Positions 21,493 to 32,624 of a stretch of DNA of 64,000 nt are shown here, piece after piece. Source of the DNA: an uncultured Clostridia bacterium (lineage in GTDB: Bacteria; Bacillota; Clostridia; TANB77; CAG-508); contig CANRNW010000004.1 of NCBI GenBank assembly GCA_947632145.1, positions 350 to 64,349 on the forward strand, given 5' to 3'. The notes under the pieces are model-generated. The model was not told the origin of the DNA. It saw only the letters and a list, made by a program, of their open reading frames with translations, and made no database searches. Within the stretch, counting starts at the first letter, position 1. Each line of letters begins with the position of its first letter. Both the position numbers and the translations under genes were made by a program.

Positions 21493-21519
21493 TTAGCAAA
21501 ATGTATTGACAATTGCTAA
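21493..21519 (+). promoter_or_regulatory. CIRCE-like operator 1 (degenerate), overlapping the hrcA -35
   Basis: TTAGCAaaa-N9-aatTGCTAA compared with the consensus TTAGCACTC-N9-GAGTGCTAA. TTGACA lies at 21506-21511. Confidence 0.5.
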
Positions 21520-21541
21520 AATTGGTTATAATATATATGCG

Positions 21542-21568
21542 TTAGCAATCAAAACAGATAAGTGCTAA
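21542..21568 (+). promoter_or_regulatory. CIRCE operator 2 (HrcA binding site)
   Basis: TTAGCAaTC-N9-aAGTGCTAA, which matches 16 of 18 consensus positions. Confidence 0.8.
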
Positions 21569-21582
21569 CAAGAGGTGAGAAA

Positions 21583-22623
21583 ATGCTTGATTCTAGGAAG
21601 AAAAGAGTATTACAAGCTATAATTGAAGAATATATTAATACAGCTGAACCAGTAAGTTCTGCTGCAATAACAATTAACCATGGTTTGAATTGTAGTAGTG
21701 CAACGATTAGAAATGATATGGCAGAACTTGAAAAAGAAGGATATTTAGATAAACCTCATACATCCGCTGGTAGAGTTCCATCAGAAAAAGGTTATAGATT
21801 CTATGTAGACGAATTGCTTAATGATGAAAATATTAGTTTAGATGAAATTCAATTTATAAAATCTAGATTAGAAACAAAAGTAAATGAAATTGAAGATTTA
21901 ACCAAAATAACTACAAATACAATATCTGAACTAACACACTATGCAACAGTTGCAATAGGACCTAAAACAGTAGAACAAACAATAGAAGATATTAAATTTG
22001 TGCTATTAGGTAGCAGAGTTTTAATGGCGGTTATATTAACAGAATCAGGATCAATAAAGGAATCAATAATAAAGTTTGATGAAGATATTACTGCAAGCCA
22101 AGTGGAAAATCTTAATTTTATATTTAACAATAAATTAAGAGGTAAGCCATTAGGAAAAATAGATAAACCAATGGAAGAGTATATTTCTTCTGAAATGAAT
22201 AATCAAATAAATGTAATAAAACCAATAATAGAACATATGAATAAAGCGATTGGAGAAGCAGAACAATTATATTTAGAGGGTACAAGTAGAATATTTGATT
22301 TTCCAGAGTTTAAAAAAATAGATGTGGCTAGAAACTTTTTAAATATATTAGACACAAAAGAAATGATGATAGATTTATTGAATACAGGATTTGCAAAAGA
22401 TATAAATGTTTATATCGGAGATGAAAATAATAATGATGAATTAAAAGATTTTAGCATCGTAACTTTCAAACATACAATAGGAAATAAAGACTTAGGAACT
22501 ATTGGAATTATAGGTCCTAAAAGAATGGATTATTCAAAGGTTATATCAGTAATGAAATATATTAGTAAAAATTTAAATAATCAATTGAAAGAATATAATG
22601 AGGAGGAAAATAAAAATGGATGA
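21583..22623 (+). CDS. hrcA: heat-inducible transcription repressor HrcA
   Basis: MLDSRKKRVLQAIIEEY N-terminus, with its position upstream of grpE-dnaK-dnaJ. Confidence 0.9.
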   Translation: MLDSRKKRVLQAIIEEYINTAEPVSSAAITINHGLNCSSATIRNDMAELEKEGYLDKPHTSAGRVPSEKGYRFYVDELLNDENISLDEIQFIKSRLETKVNEIEDLTKITTNTISELTHYATVAIGPKTVEQTIEDIKFVLLGSRVLMAVILTESGSIKESIIKFDEDITASQVENLNFIFNNKLRGKPLGKIDKPMEEYISSEMNNQINVIKPIIEHMNKAIGEAEQLYLEGTSRIFDFPEFKKIDVARNFLNILDTKEMMIDLLNTGFAKDINVYIGDENNNDELKDFSIVTFKHTIGNKDLGTIGIIGPKRMDYSKVISVMKYISKNLNNQLKEYNEEENKNG

Positions 22624-23087
22624 AGAAAATAAGCAAGAAATTCAAACTCCAGAGACTAACGAAACACAAAAGGAACTAGATGAATTAACAGATAGATATA
22701 AAAGAATTTTAGCAGAATTTGAAAACTTTAAAAAAAGAAGTGCAAAAGAAAGAGAAGGCTTATATAATTCATTATTATCAGACATAGTGTCACCAATGCT
22801 ACCTGTTCTAGATAATTTAGAAAAAGCAGTAGATGCTAAAACTGAAGATGAAGCATATAAAACAGGAATAGATTTAGTTTTAAAACAATTCAAAGATGTA
22901 TTAAACTCTCTTCGGAGTAACAGAAATAGAAGCAGTAGGACTTACATTTGATCCAGAAGTACACGAGGCAGTTTCAAGCGTTCAAGATGATACATTAGGA
23001 GAAAAAGAAGTAAAAGAAGTTTTTAGAAAAGGCTACAAAATAGGTTCAAAAGTTATAAGACATGCTATGGTAGTTGTAGCAAACTAA
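22616..23087 (+). CDS. grpE: nucleotide exchange factor GrpE; continuous only with +1 at CGG 22913-22915
   Basis: RILAEFENFKKR motif. The junction DVLNSL-G-VTEIEAVGLTFDPEVHEA restores the C-terminal beta domain up to TAA 23085-23087. Confidence 0.9.
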
Positions 23088-23126
23088 TTTGTTATCAATT
23101 TTTTAATTATATATTAGGCAGTATAG

Positions 23127-25019
<1,893 letters not shown>

Positions 25020-25030
25020 AATAATAAACA

Positions 25031-25200
25031 TATGGCACATGAATAATGTAGGGACGCATGAAAAGCGCCCAAACAAAAATCAACAATAAATTATGGCACA
25101 TGAATAATGTAGGGGCGCATGAAAAGCGCCCAAACAAAAATTAAAAACAATAAATATATGGCACATAAACATTGTAGGGGCGCATGATTGCGCCCAATAA
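25031..25200 (+). repeat. three tandem units (61-65 bp period) of the GC-rich palindromic repeat
   Basis: tatggcacatgaataatgtaggg(a/g)cgcatgaaaagcgcccaaacaaaaa appears twice, followed by the variant tatggcacataaacattgtaggggcgcatgattgcgccc. Confidence 0.85.
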
Positions 25201-25222
25201 TTATTATAAAGAGGTTAAAATA

Positions 25223-26374
25223 ATGGCAGATCAAAAAAGAGATTATTATGAAGTTTTAGGTGTAAATAAAAATGCAACAGACGATGAGATAAAAAAAGCA
25301 TATAGACAACTTGCAAAAAAATACCATCCAGATGCTAATCCGGATAATCCCAAAGAAGCTGAAGCCAAATTTAAAGAAGTTTCTGAAGCATATGAAGTAC
25401 TATCAGATAAACAAAAAAGAACAATGTATGACCAATTCGGACACAATGGTCCACAAGGCTTTGGAGGAGGAAATCCAGGAGGAGGGTATTATTCATATAC
25501 AACATCTGGATTTGATGGCTTTGATGATTTAGGAGATATATTTTCTTCTTTCTTTGGAGGAGGATTTGGAGGTAGAAGTTCATCAAGAGCAAATCCTAAT
25601 GGAGCAGCTAAGGGTGCAGACCTAAGATATAATATGGAGATTACATTTGAAGAATCATATTTAGGAGTAGAAAAAGAAATTGTAATAAATAAATATGATG
25701 ATTGTCCTACTTGCCATGGTAGTAAAGCCAAACCAGGTACAAAACCTGAAACATGTAGTACATGTGGAGGAACAGGACAAATTAAGCAAAATATATCAAT
25801 TATGGGAATGCAAATGCAAACAGCAAAAACATGTCCGCATTGTGGAGGAACAGGAAAAATTATAAAAGAACCTTGTCCAGAATGTAAAGGAAAGGGAAAA
25901 GTAAAAAAACAAGTTAAGATAAAAGTTACAATACCAGCAGGCATAGATGATAATCAAATGGTTGTACTAAGAGGATTTGGAGAACCTGGAACCAATGGAG
26001 GACCAAAGGGAGATTTATATGTTGTAGTGCATGTAAAAAAACATAGTATATTTTCAAGAAATGGTGATCATGTAGTATGTGATATTCCTATCACATTTAC
26101 TCAAGCAACATTAGGTGCAGAGATAGAAATTCCAATGGTAGACGGAAAAACAGAAAAATATAAAATCCCTGAAGGAACACAAACAGGAACAAAATTCACA
26201 TTAAGAGGAAAAGGATTTAAGAGTAGAAATAGAAGTTGGGATGGAGATTATATTTTTACAGTAGTTGTGCAAACACCAAAGAAATTAACTTCTGAACAGA
26301 GAGAATTACTGCTAAAGCTAGCAAACACAATGAATGAACAACCTCCAGTAAAGAAAAGAGGAATTTTCGGATAA
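25223..26374 (+). CDS. dnaJ: co-chaperone DnaJ
   Basis: J domain (YYEVLGV, HPD), a G/F-rich region and four CxxCxGxG zinc motifs. The start was moved to MADQKRDYY after AGAGG, because the track start lies inside the repeat. Confidence 0.9.
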   Translation: MADQKRDYYEVLGVNKNATDDEIKKAYRQLAKKYHPDANPDNPKEAEAKFKEVSEAYEVLSDKQKRTMYDQFGHNGPQGFGGGNPGGGYYSYTTSGFDGFDDLGDIFSSFFGGGFGGRSSSRANPNGAAKGADLRYNMEITFEESYLGVEKEIVINKYDDCPTCHGSKAKPGTKPETCSTCGGTGQIKQNISIMGMQMQTAKTCPHCGGTGKIIKEPCPECKGKGKVKKQVKIKVTIPAGIDDNQMVVLRGFGEPGTNGGPKGDLYVVVHVKKHSIFSRNGDHVVCDIPITFTQATLGAEIEIPMVDGKTEKYKIPEGTQTGTKFTLRGKGFKSRNRSWDGDYIFTVVVQTPKKLTSEQRELLLKLANTMNEQPPVKKRGIFG

Positions 26375-26398
26375 TATGTAGACAATTAGTAAAATAAT

Positions 26399-26424
26399 AT
26401 GATATGCTATTGCATATCATTTTT
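26399..26424 (+). terminator. dnaJ intrinsic terminator
   Basis: atgatatgc / gcatatcat stem followed by tttt. Confidence 0.6.
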
Positions 26425-26441
26425 GTTAAGGGGGGTATAAA

Positions 26442-27329
26442 ATGAACTTTATAATAAACGCGTTTAGAGGATTTTGTATGGCATTAGCTGATAGTGTCCC
26501 AGGTGTATCTGGAGGAACAGTTGCTTTTATTTTAGGGTTTTATGATAAATTTATAAATTCAATTAATAATATAATATATGGTAAAAAAGAAGAAAAAAAA
26601 GATGCTATTAAATTTTTGATAAAATGGGGTTTTGGTTGGATTATAGGTATGGCACTAGCATCTCTAATACTTGCAAGTTTATTTGAAAAACAAATATACA
26701 AAGTAAGCTCTTTGTTTCTTGGATTTATAATTTTTGCAATACCACTAATTATTAAAGAAGAGAAAGAAGAATTAAAAGGGAAATATAAAAATTTAATATT
26801 TACACTAATAGGAATAGCTGTTGTATCTTTAATTACATATTTTAATCCTACAAGTGGAACAGAAGGTGCAGTTGATATAACAAGTTTAAGTTTCGGTTTA
26901 GCAATATATGTGCTTATTTCTGGAATGATTGCAATATCAGCTATGATTTTACCTGGTATTTCAGGTTCTACTATATTATTGATATTTGGATTGTATATTC
27001 CAATAATATCTGCAATAAAAGAAATTTTACACTTTAATTTAACTTATTTTCCAGTATTATTTGTATTTGGAATAGGTGTAATTGCGGGAGCATTATTAGT
27101 TATAAAGCTAATAAAAAAAGCATTAGAAAAATATAGAAGTCAAACAATCTATACAATAATAGGTTTAATGATAGGATCTTTATATGCAATAGTAATGGGA
27201 CCAACAACCTTGGAGATTCCACAAGCTCCAATGAATTTTAATACATTTAGTATAATATTCTTTATAGTAGGTGCATTGGTAATATTAGGTTTACAACTTT
27301 TGCAAAAGTTTATATCAAAACATGAATAA
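26442..27329 (+). CDS. DUF368 family membrane protein
   Basis: ADSVPGVSGGTVAFILG and LPGISGSTILL duplicated motifs in a polytopic protein. Confidence 0.7.
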   Translation: MNFIINAFRGFCMALADSVPGVSGGTVAFILGFYDKFINSINNIIYGKKEEKKDAIKFLIKWGFGWIIGMALASLILASLFEKQIYKVSSLFLGFIIFAIPLIIKEEKEELKGKYKNLIFTLIGIAVVSLITYFNPTSGTEGAVDITSLSFGLAIYVLISGMIAISAMILPGISGSTILLIFGLYIPIISAIKEILHFNLTYFPVLFVFGIGVIAGALLVIKLIKKALEKYRSQTIYTIIGLMIGSLYAIVMGPTTLEIPQAPMNFNTFSIIFFIVGALVILGLQLLQKFISKHE

Positions 27330-27375
27330 ATATAATGGGTACTAATATAGTTGTACAATTTTAAAGGAGATAAAG

Positions 27376-28095
27376 ATGAAGCAAAAAAAGTCGCAAAAAG
27401 TAATAAGAATATTACTATTAACATTAGTAATTGCAATATTTATAGGACTAATCATATATTTAATACCATTAATGAAAGAAATTTCAACAAAGGAAGGACA
27501 ATTAGCTTTTAGACAAAAAATAAACAACTGGGGAATTTTAGGAATGCTAGTGCTATTTTTGTTGCAACTAGCTCAAATTATATTGGTAGTATTGCCAGGA
27601 GAACCGTTAGAGATATTAGCAGGAATGTGTTATGGAACAATTGGAGGCATGATTTTTATATTCGCATCAGTTTTTATTACAACGACTTTAATATTTCTGT
27701 TAGTTAAAAAATATGGAAAAAAGTATATATATCAATCTTTTAAGAAAGAAAAAATTGATAAAATAGAGAATAGTAAAGCTTTGAAAAATCCTAAAACAGT
27801 TGAAACAGTATTAGCTATATTATTTCTAATACCAGCAACACCAAAAGATTTATTAACATATATAGGCGGATTACTTCCAATAACATATAAGAGATTTGTA
27901 ATCATAGCAACTTTTGCAAGATTTCCATCAGTTATATCTTCAACAATAATCGGAAATGATATAGCTAGTGGAAAATGGACTTCAATTTTGCCTATTTATG
28001 CAATAACTTTTGTATTAGCTGGGTTAATAATATTTCTAACAAACAAATTTGACAAAAACAAACTTACAAAAGATGCCTTAGATAGTCTAAAATAG
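27376..28095 (+). CDS. TVP38/TMEM64 (DedA-related) membrane protein
   Basis: VLPGEPLEILAG motif with a TM-rich sequence. Confidence 0.7.
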   Translation: MKQKKSQKVIRILLLTLVIAIFIGLIIYLIPLMKEISTKEGQLAFRQKINNWGILGMLVLFLLQLAQIILVVLPGEPLEILAGMCYGTIGGMIFIFASVFITTTLIFLLVKKYGKKYIYQSFKKEKIDKIENSKALKNPKTVETVLAILFLIPATPKDLLTYIGGLLPITYKRFVIIATFARFPSVISSTIIGNDIASGKWTSILPIYAITFVLAGLIIFLTNKFDKNKLTKDALDSLK

Positions 28096-28108
28096 CCCCA
28101 AAAATATA

Positions 28109-28137
28109 TAGACATAAATGCAACAAAGTGCTATAAT
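28109..28137 (+). promoter_or_regulatory. candidate extended -10 promoter for the 28218 gene
   Basis: TAGACA, 17 nt, then TGcTATAAT. Confidence 0.45.
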
Positions 28138-28217
28138 ATACAAGTAACAATTCAGTTACATAGTTGTAATTCTTATGCTGTTGCATAAGAAAAGCTAATG
28201 AGAGACAGGAGGAAAAT

Positions 28218-28904
28218 ATGGCAAAAGAAATTTATCGGTTCCCTTATGGCGTAAACACAGATGAAACGCCGAAGATTCAGGCACGGATGACACCTGAGGA
28301 GTATACGGAGTACAAAAAGCATTTGGCTGAAATGACTAATGGCTTAAAGAAAAACCGTATGGCATTTATTAAAAACCTCAGTGAAGTAGCTCCCGTACAT
28401 CTGGATCTCAAGAGGTTTGATCTGGTTCGCCAGACATGCAGTGAGTTCAAGAACATTCCGTATCCGGTTCCGAGCGAACCTACAAGGACTGTTGCAAGCC
28501 ACGGAGCTTTCCAAATTATTGTGTACAATGTACTTAAATACTTTGGAAAGGATGTAAGTATCGAGGATCTTACGCGAATTGCTAATTTTGGCGATTGGCA
28601 GCATGACCAAAACGGTACTTGGCATCATTTCGTCGATGTGGTTTGTCAAGCTTATGGACTTAATGCAATAAGGTTGGGAAAGTGGAAGCATGTATACAAA
28701 GCAATAAGTCGTGGAAACATTATTGTTGCGTTGCTCGACCACAAAATGTTTCTTAACGGACACGGTAGTAGTCTGGTTTTGGTTACAGGTATCGAAAATA
28801 AAGAGGTCATATTCTATCATCCACGCTTTGGCGATGATCTTTGGCGGTGTGGAATGGCACACTTTATGCTGAACACCAAGGTACTTTGGTTAATAGCACG
28901 CTGA
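28218..28904 (+). CDS. hypothetical protein, G+C-richer orphan; layout resembles a C39-like papain-fold domain with His in place of the nucleophile Cys
   Basis: 228-aa ORF after GGAGGA. The segments ASHGAFQIIVYNVLKYFGKDVSIEDL, RGNIIVALLD and GHGSSLVLVTG echo the C39-like pattern by eye. It has three in-frame CGG codons (28236, 28284, 28845). Confidence 0.5.
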   Translation: MAKEIYRFPYGVNTDETPKIQARMTPEEYTEYKKHLAEMTNGLKKNRMAFIKNLSEVAPVHLDLKRFDLVRQTCSEFKNIPYPVPSEPTRTVASHGAFQIIVYNVLKYFGKDVSIEDLTRIANFGDWQHDQNGTWHHFVDVVCQAYGLNAIRLGKWKHVYKAISRGNIIVALLDHKMFLNGHGSSLVLVTGIENKEVIFYHPRFGDDLWRCGMAHFMLNTKVLWLIAR

Positions 28905-28943
28905 TTTATTTAATGGATTGACATTAGCTTATTTTTGAAAGAA

Positions 28944-28975
28944 GGGTATCATCTTAATTGATGGTACCTTTTTTC
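28944..28975 (+). terminator. intrinsic terminator
   Basis: gggtatcatc / gatggtacct stem with a T-run. Confidence 0.6.
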
Positions 28976-29099
28976 TTTTTGCTTTAGATAAAATTTCCTA
29001 AAAATATTGTAATTTCTTTTAAATTTATATATAATATTAAAGATTTTAATACATATTATTGGTTCTAAGAAGTTAGAATTAAAGAATGGAGGAATAAAA

Positions 29100-30095
29100 A
29101 TGTCTTTTATAGAAGAAATGAAAGGAAAAGCAAAATCAAATATGAAAACTATTGTATTACCTGAAGCAACAGATATAAGAGTTCTAAAGGCAACAGAAAC
29201 AATCGGTAAAGAAGATTTTGCAAAAGTAATATTAGTAGGAGAAGAGGAGAAAATATTAAATTTAGCTAAAGAAAATAATTTAGATATTTCAAAAGCAGTA
29301 ATAGTAAATCCAGCTAAATCTGAAAAATATGTTGAATATGCAAATGCTTTTTATGAATTAAGAAAAGCAAAAGGAATGACAGAAGAACAAGCAAAAACTT
29401 TAATGTTAGATCCAGTATTTTTTGGAATGATGATGGTAAAACAAAATGAAGCTGATGGATTAGTATCAGGTGCTGCACATTCAACAGCAGATACTTTAAG
29501 ACCAGCATTACAAATATTAAAAACAGCACCAGGAACAAAACTTGTATCAGCATTCTTTTTAATGAGTGTTCCAAATTGTGAATATGGAGAAAATGGTGTA
29601 TTTGTATTTTCAGATTGTGGATTAAATATAAATCCAAATAGTGAAGAACTTTCTGAAATAGCAATATCTTCAGCAAAGAGCTTTGAGCAATTAACAGGAA
29701 AACAATCTAAAGTTGCAATGCTATCTTTTTCAACTTATGGAAGTGCAAAATCTGAATTAGTAGATAAAGTAGTTGAAGCAACAAAACTTGTTAAAGAAAA
29801 AGCACCAGATATGATGGTTGATGGAGAATTACAATTAGATGCAGCATTAGTAAAAGAAGTTGGAGAAATGAAAGCAAAAGGAAGTGCTGTTGCAGGACAC
29901 GCAAATACATTGATATTCCCTAACTTAGATGCAGGAAATATAGGATATAAATTAGTACAAAGGTTAGGAAAAGCAGAAGCATATGGACCACTTTGTCAAG
30001 GAATTGCAAAACCTGTAAACGATTTATCAAGAGGATGCAGTGCTGATGATATAGTTGGTGTAGTGGCAATAACAGCTGTTCAAGCACAAATGTAA
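29100..30095 (+). CDS. pta: phosphate acetyltransferase
   Basis: 331-aa short-form Pta with GLVSGAAHSTADT and a C-terminal SRGCSADD motif. Confidence 0.9.
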   Translation: MSFIEEMKGKAKSNMKTIVLPEATDIRVLKATETIGKEDFAKVILVGEEEKILNLAKENNLDISKAVIVNPAKSEKYVEYANAFYELRKAKGMTEEQAKTLMLDPVFFGMMMVKQNEADGLVSGAAHSTADTLRPALQILKTAPGTKLVSAFFLMSVPNCEYGENGVFVFSDCGLNINPNSEELSEIAISSAKSFEQLTGKQSKVAMLSFSTYGSAKSELVDKVVEATKLVKEKAPDMMVDGELQLDAALVKEVGEMKAKGSAVAGHANTLIFPNLDAGNIGYKLVQRLGKAEAYGPLCQGIAKPVNDLSRGCSADDIVGVVAITAVQAQM

Positions 30096-30144
30096 ATAAT
30101 ATGTATGGGCGGACTCGTTACGTCTGCCAGAATAAGGAGGAAAT

Positions 30145-31332
30145 ATGAAAATATTAGTATTAAATTGTGGAAGCTCATCTTTTAAATATCAATTGATTAA
30201 CATGGAAGATGAAAGCGTTATGGCAAAAGGAAATTATGAAAGAATTGGTATAGGAGAGTCTTTCTTGACACATAAAATAGGAGAAGAAAAATTTAAATTT
30301 ACACACCCAGTAAAAAATCACTCAGAAGCAATAAAATTTGTTATGGAGCAATTAACAGATAAAGAGCATGGAGTAATTTCTTCTTTAGATGAAATAAATG
30401 CAATAGGACATAGAGTTGTACATGGTGGAGAAAGATTTACAAAATCAGTAATAGTAAATGATGAAGTTGAAAAAGGTATAGAAGATGCAATTACATTTGC
30501 ACCATTACATAATCCAGCACATTTACAAGGAATAGATGCTTGTAAGAAAGAATTACCTGGAAAACCAAATGTTGTAGTATTCGATACAGCATTTCATCAA
30601 ACAATGCCAAAAGAACACTTCTTATATGCTATACCTTATGAATATTATGAAAAATATGGTATTAGAAAATATGGTGCACACGGAACAAGTCATAAATATG
30701 TATCATTAAGAATTGCAGAAATTTTAGGTAAGCCTGTAGAAGATTTGAAAATTATAAACTGCCATTTAGGACAAGGAGCAAGTTTATGTGCTATACAAAA
30801 TGGTAAATCTGTAGATACATCTATGGGATTAACACCATTAGGTGGAATTGCTATGGGAAGCAGAAGTGGAGATTTAGATCCATCTGTTGTAACATATATA
30901 ATGAAAAAAGAAAATCTATCACCAGATGAAATGGAAACAATATTAAATAAAAAATCTGGTATATATGGAATTTCTAAAATTTCTCCAGATAATAGAGACA
31001 TTGAAGAAGCTGCTGCAAACGGAGATGAACAAGCTAAATTAACATTAAAAGAATATGCATATATAATAGCTCAATATATTGGCAAATATGCTGTTACAAT
31101 GAACGGAGTAGATGTAATAACATTTACAGCTGGAGTTGGAGAAAGAGGACCAGAAACGAGAGAAGAAATATGCAAGTATTTAGGATTTATGGGAGTAGAA
31201 TTAGATAAAGAAGCAAACAAAGTAAGAGGTGAAGAAAAAGAAATTTCTACTAAAAATTCTAAGGTAAAAGTATGGGTTGTTCCAACAAACGAAGAATTGA
31301 TGATAGCAAGAGAAACAATGAATTTACTTTAA
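30145..31332 (+). CDS. ackA: acetate kinase (copy 1)
   Basis: ILVLNCGSSSFKYQ, GHRVVHGG and KYGAHGTSH motifs. Confidence 0.9.
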   Translation: MKILVLNCGSSSFKYQLINMEDESVMAKGNYERIGIGESFLTHKIGEEKFKFTHPVKNHSEAIKFVMEQLTDKEHGVISSLDEINAIGHRVVHGGERFTKSVIVNDEVEKGIEDAITFAPLHNPAHLQGIDACKKELPGKPNVVVFDTAFHQTMPKEHFLYAIPYEYYEKYGIRKYGAHGTSHKYVSLRIAEILGKPVEDLKIINCHLGQGASLCAIQNGKSVDTSMGLTPLGGIAMGSRSGDLDPSVVTYIMKKENLSPDEMETILNKKSGIYGISKISPDNRDIEEAAANGDEQAKLTLKEYAYIIAQYIGKYAVTMNGVDVITFTAGVGERGPETREEICKYLGFMGVELDKEANKVRGEEKEISTKNSKVKVWVVPTNEELMIARETMNLL

Positions 31333-31361
31333 AAAAGAATTAAAATAAAAGGAGAAAAAAT

Positions 31362-32567
31362 ATGAAAATATTAGTTATAAACTGTGGAAGTTCTTCTTTA
31401 AAATACCAGTTGATTGATATGGAAAACGAAAAAGTAATTGCAAAAGGAAACTATGAGCGTATAGGAGAAAATGAGTCATTCCTTACACATAAAGTTCTAG
31501 GGACGAATAATTGCGCTCAAGAACAAAAATATGTAATACAAAAAACTGCGTTAAATCACGAAGAGGCTTTACAAACAATATTAAACGAATTAACTGATTC
31601 AAATCACGGAGTAATCGCTTCTTTGCAAGAAATAAATGCAGTAGGACACAGGATTGTTCATGGTGGAGAAATATTTGATAAATCTGTTTTAATAACCCCT
31701 AAAGTAATTGAACAAATAGAAGAGTGTGCTGTACTTGCTCCATTACACAATCCAGCAGCAGTTTTAGGAATAAAAGCTTGCCAAAGTGCAATGCCAAATG
31801 TAAAAATGGTAGCAGCATTTGATACAGCATTTCATCAAACAATGCCTAAAAGTAGCTATTTGTATCCAATACCTTATGAATACTATGAAAAATACGGAGT
31901 AAGAAAATACGGAGCACATGGAACAAGTCATAAATATGTTTCAGAAATTTGTGCTAAGTTAATGAATAAAGATATAGAAAATCTTAAAATAGTAACTTGT
32001 CATTTAGGACAAGGAGCAAGTTTGTGTGCTGTACAAAATGGTAAATGTGTAGATACATCTATGGGACTTAGCCCACTTGGAGGAATTGCAATGGTTACAA
32101 GAAGTGGCGACTTAGATCCATCTGTTGTAACATATATAATGGAAAAAGAAAATTTAACACCAAATGAAGCAAATTCTATATTAAACAAAAAGTCAGGAAT
32201 ATCTGCAATAGCAAATATGGTACCAGATTTTAGAGAAATAGAAAGTGCAAGTTCTAGTAATGAAAAGGCAAAACTTGCAATAGAAATATTTAATAAAACA
32301 GTGGCGCAATTTATTGCAAAATATGCTGTAACAATGAATGGAATAGATGCAATAGTATTTACTGGTGGAATTGGAGAAAATCAAATAAATGTAAGAAAAG
32401 GTATATGCGATTATTTAGGATTTATGGGAGTAGAGATAGATGAAACAGCAAATAATGTAAAAGGTGAAGAAAGAGAAATAACAAAAGATACTTCAAAAAT
32501 TAAAGCATATATAATTCCAACAAACGAGGAATTAGTTATTGCACGAGATACAATGAATTTAATTTAA
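31362..32567 (+). CDS. acetate/acyl kinase paralogue (copy 2)
   Basis: Same motif set (ILVINCGSSSLKYQ, GHRIVHGG, KYGAHGTSH) and colinear with copy 1. Confidence 0.85.
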   Translation: MKILVINCGSSSLKYQLIDMENEKVIAKGNYERIGENESFLTHKVLGTNNCAQEQKYVIQKTALNHEEALQTILNELTDSNHGVIASLQEINAVGHRIVHGGEIFDKSVLITPKVIEQIEECAVLAPLHNPAAVLGIKACQSAMPNVKMVAAFDTAFHQTMPKSSYLYPIPYEYYEKYGVRKYGAHGTSHKYVSEICAKLMNKDIENLKIVTCHLGQGASLCAVQNGKCVDTSMGLSPLGGIAMVTRSGDLDPSVVTYIMEKENLTPNEANSILNKKSGISAIANMVPDFREIESASSSNEKAKLAIEIFNKTVAQFIAKYAVTMNGIDAIVFTGGIGENQINVRKGICDYLGFMGVEIDETANNVKGEEREITKDTSKIKAYIIPTNEELVIARDTMNLI

Positions 32568-32624
32568 AAAATAATCAGCGTAGGTACTGTCCAACCGATA
32601 ATGAATTTAGAAGGAAGGTATGTT

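Noticed and set aside
25031-25200. Possible CRISPR array between dnaK and dnaJ
   Set aside because: There are only three units, the sequence between the hairpins is itself repeated (no unique spacers), no cas genes are nearby, and the same core occurs singly at other loci.
25184-25222. N-terminal extensions given by the ORF track (dnaJ 25184, hrcA 21562, lysS 4080, fabD 9688, dpaA 39665, pyrB 62070, fabI 16819, pgsA 43235)
   Set aside because: In each case an internal ATG lies 5-9 nt after a GGAGG-like RBS and matches the conserved family N-terminus. The extensions run through repeats, operators or the RBS itself.
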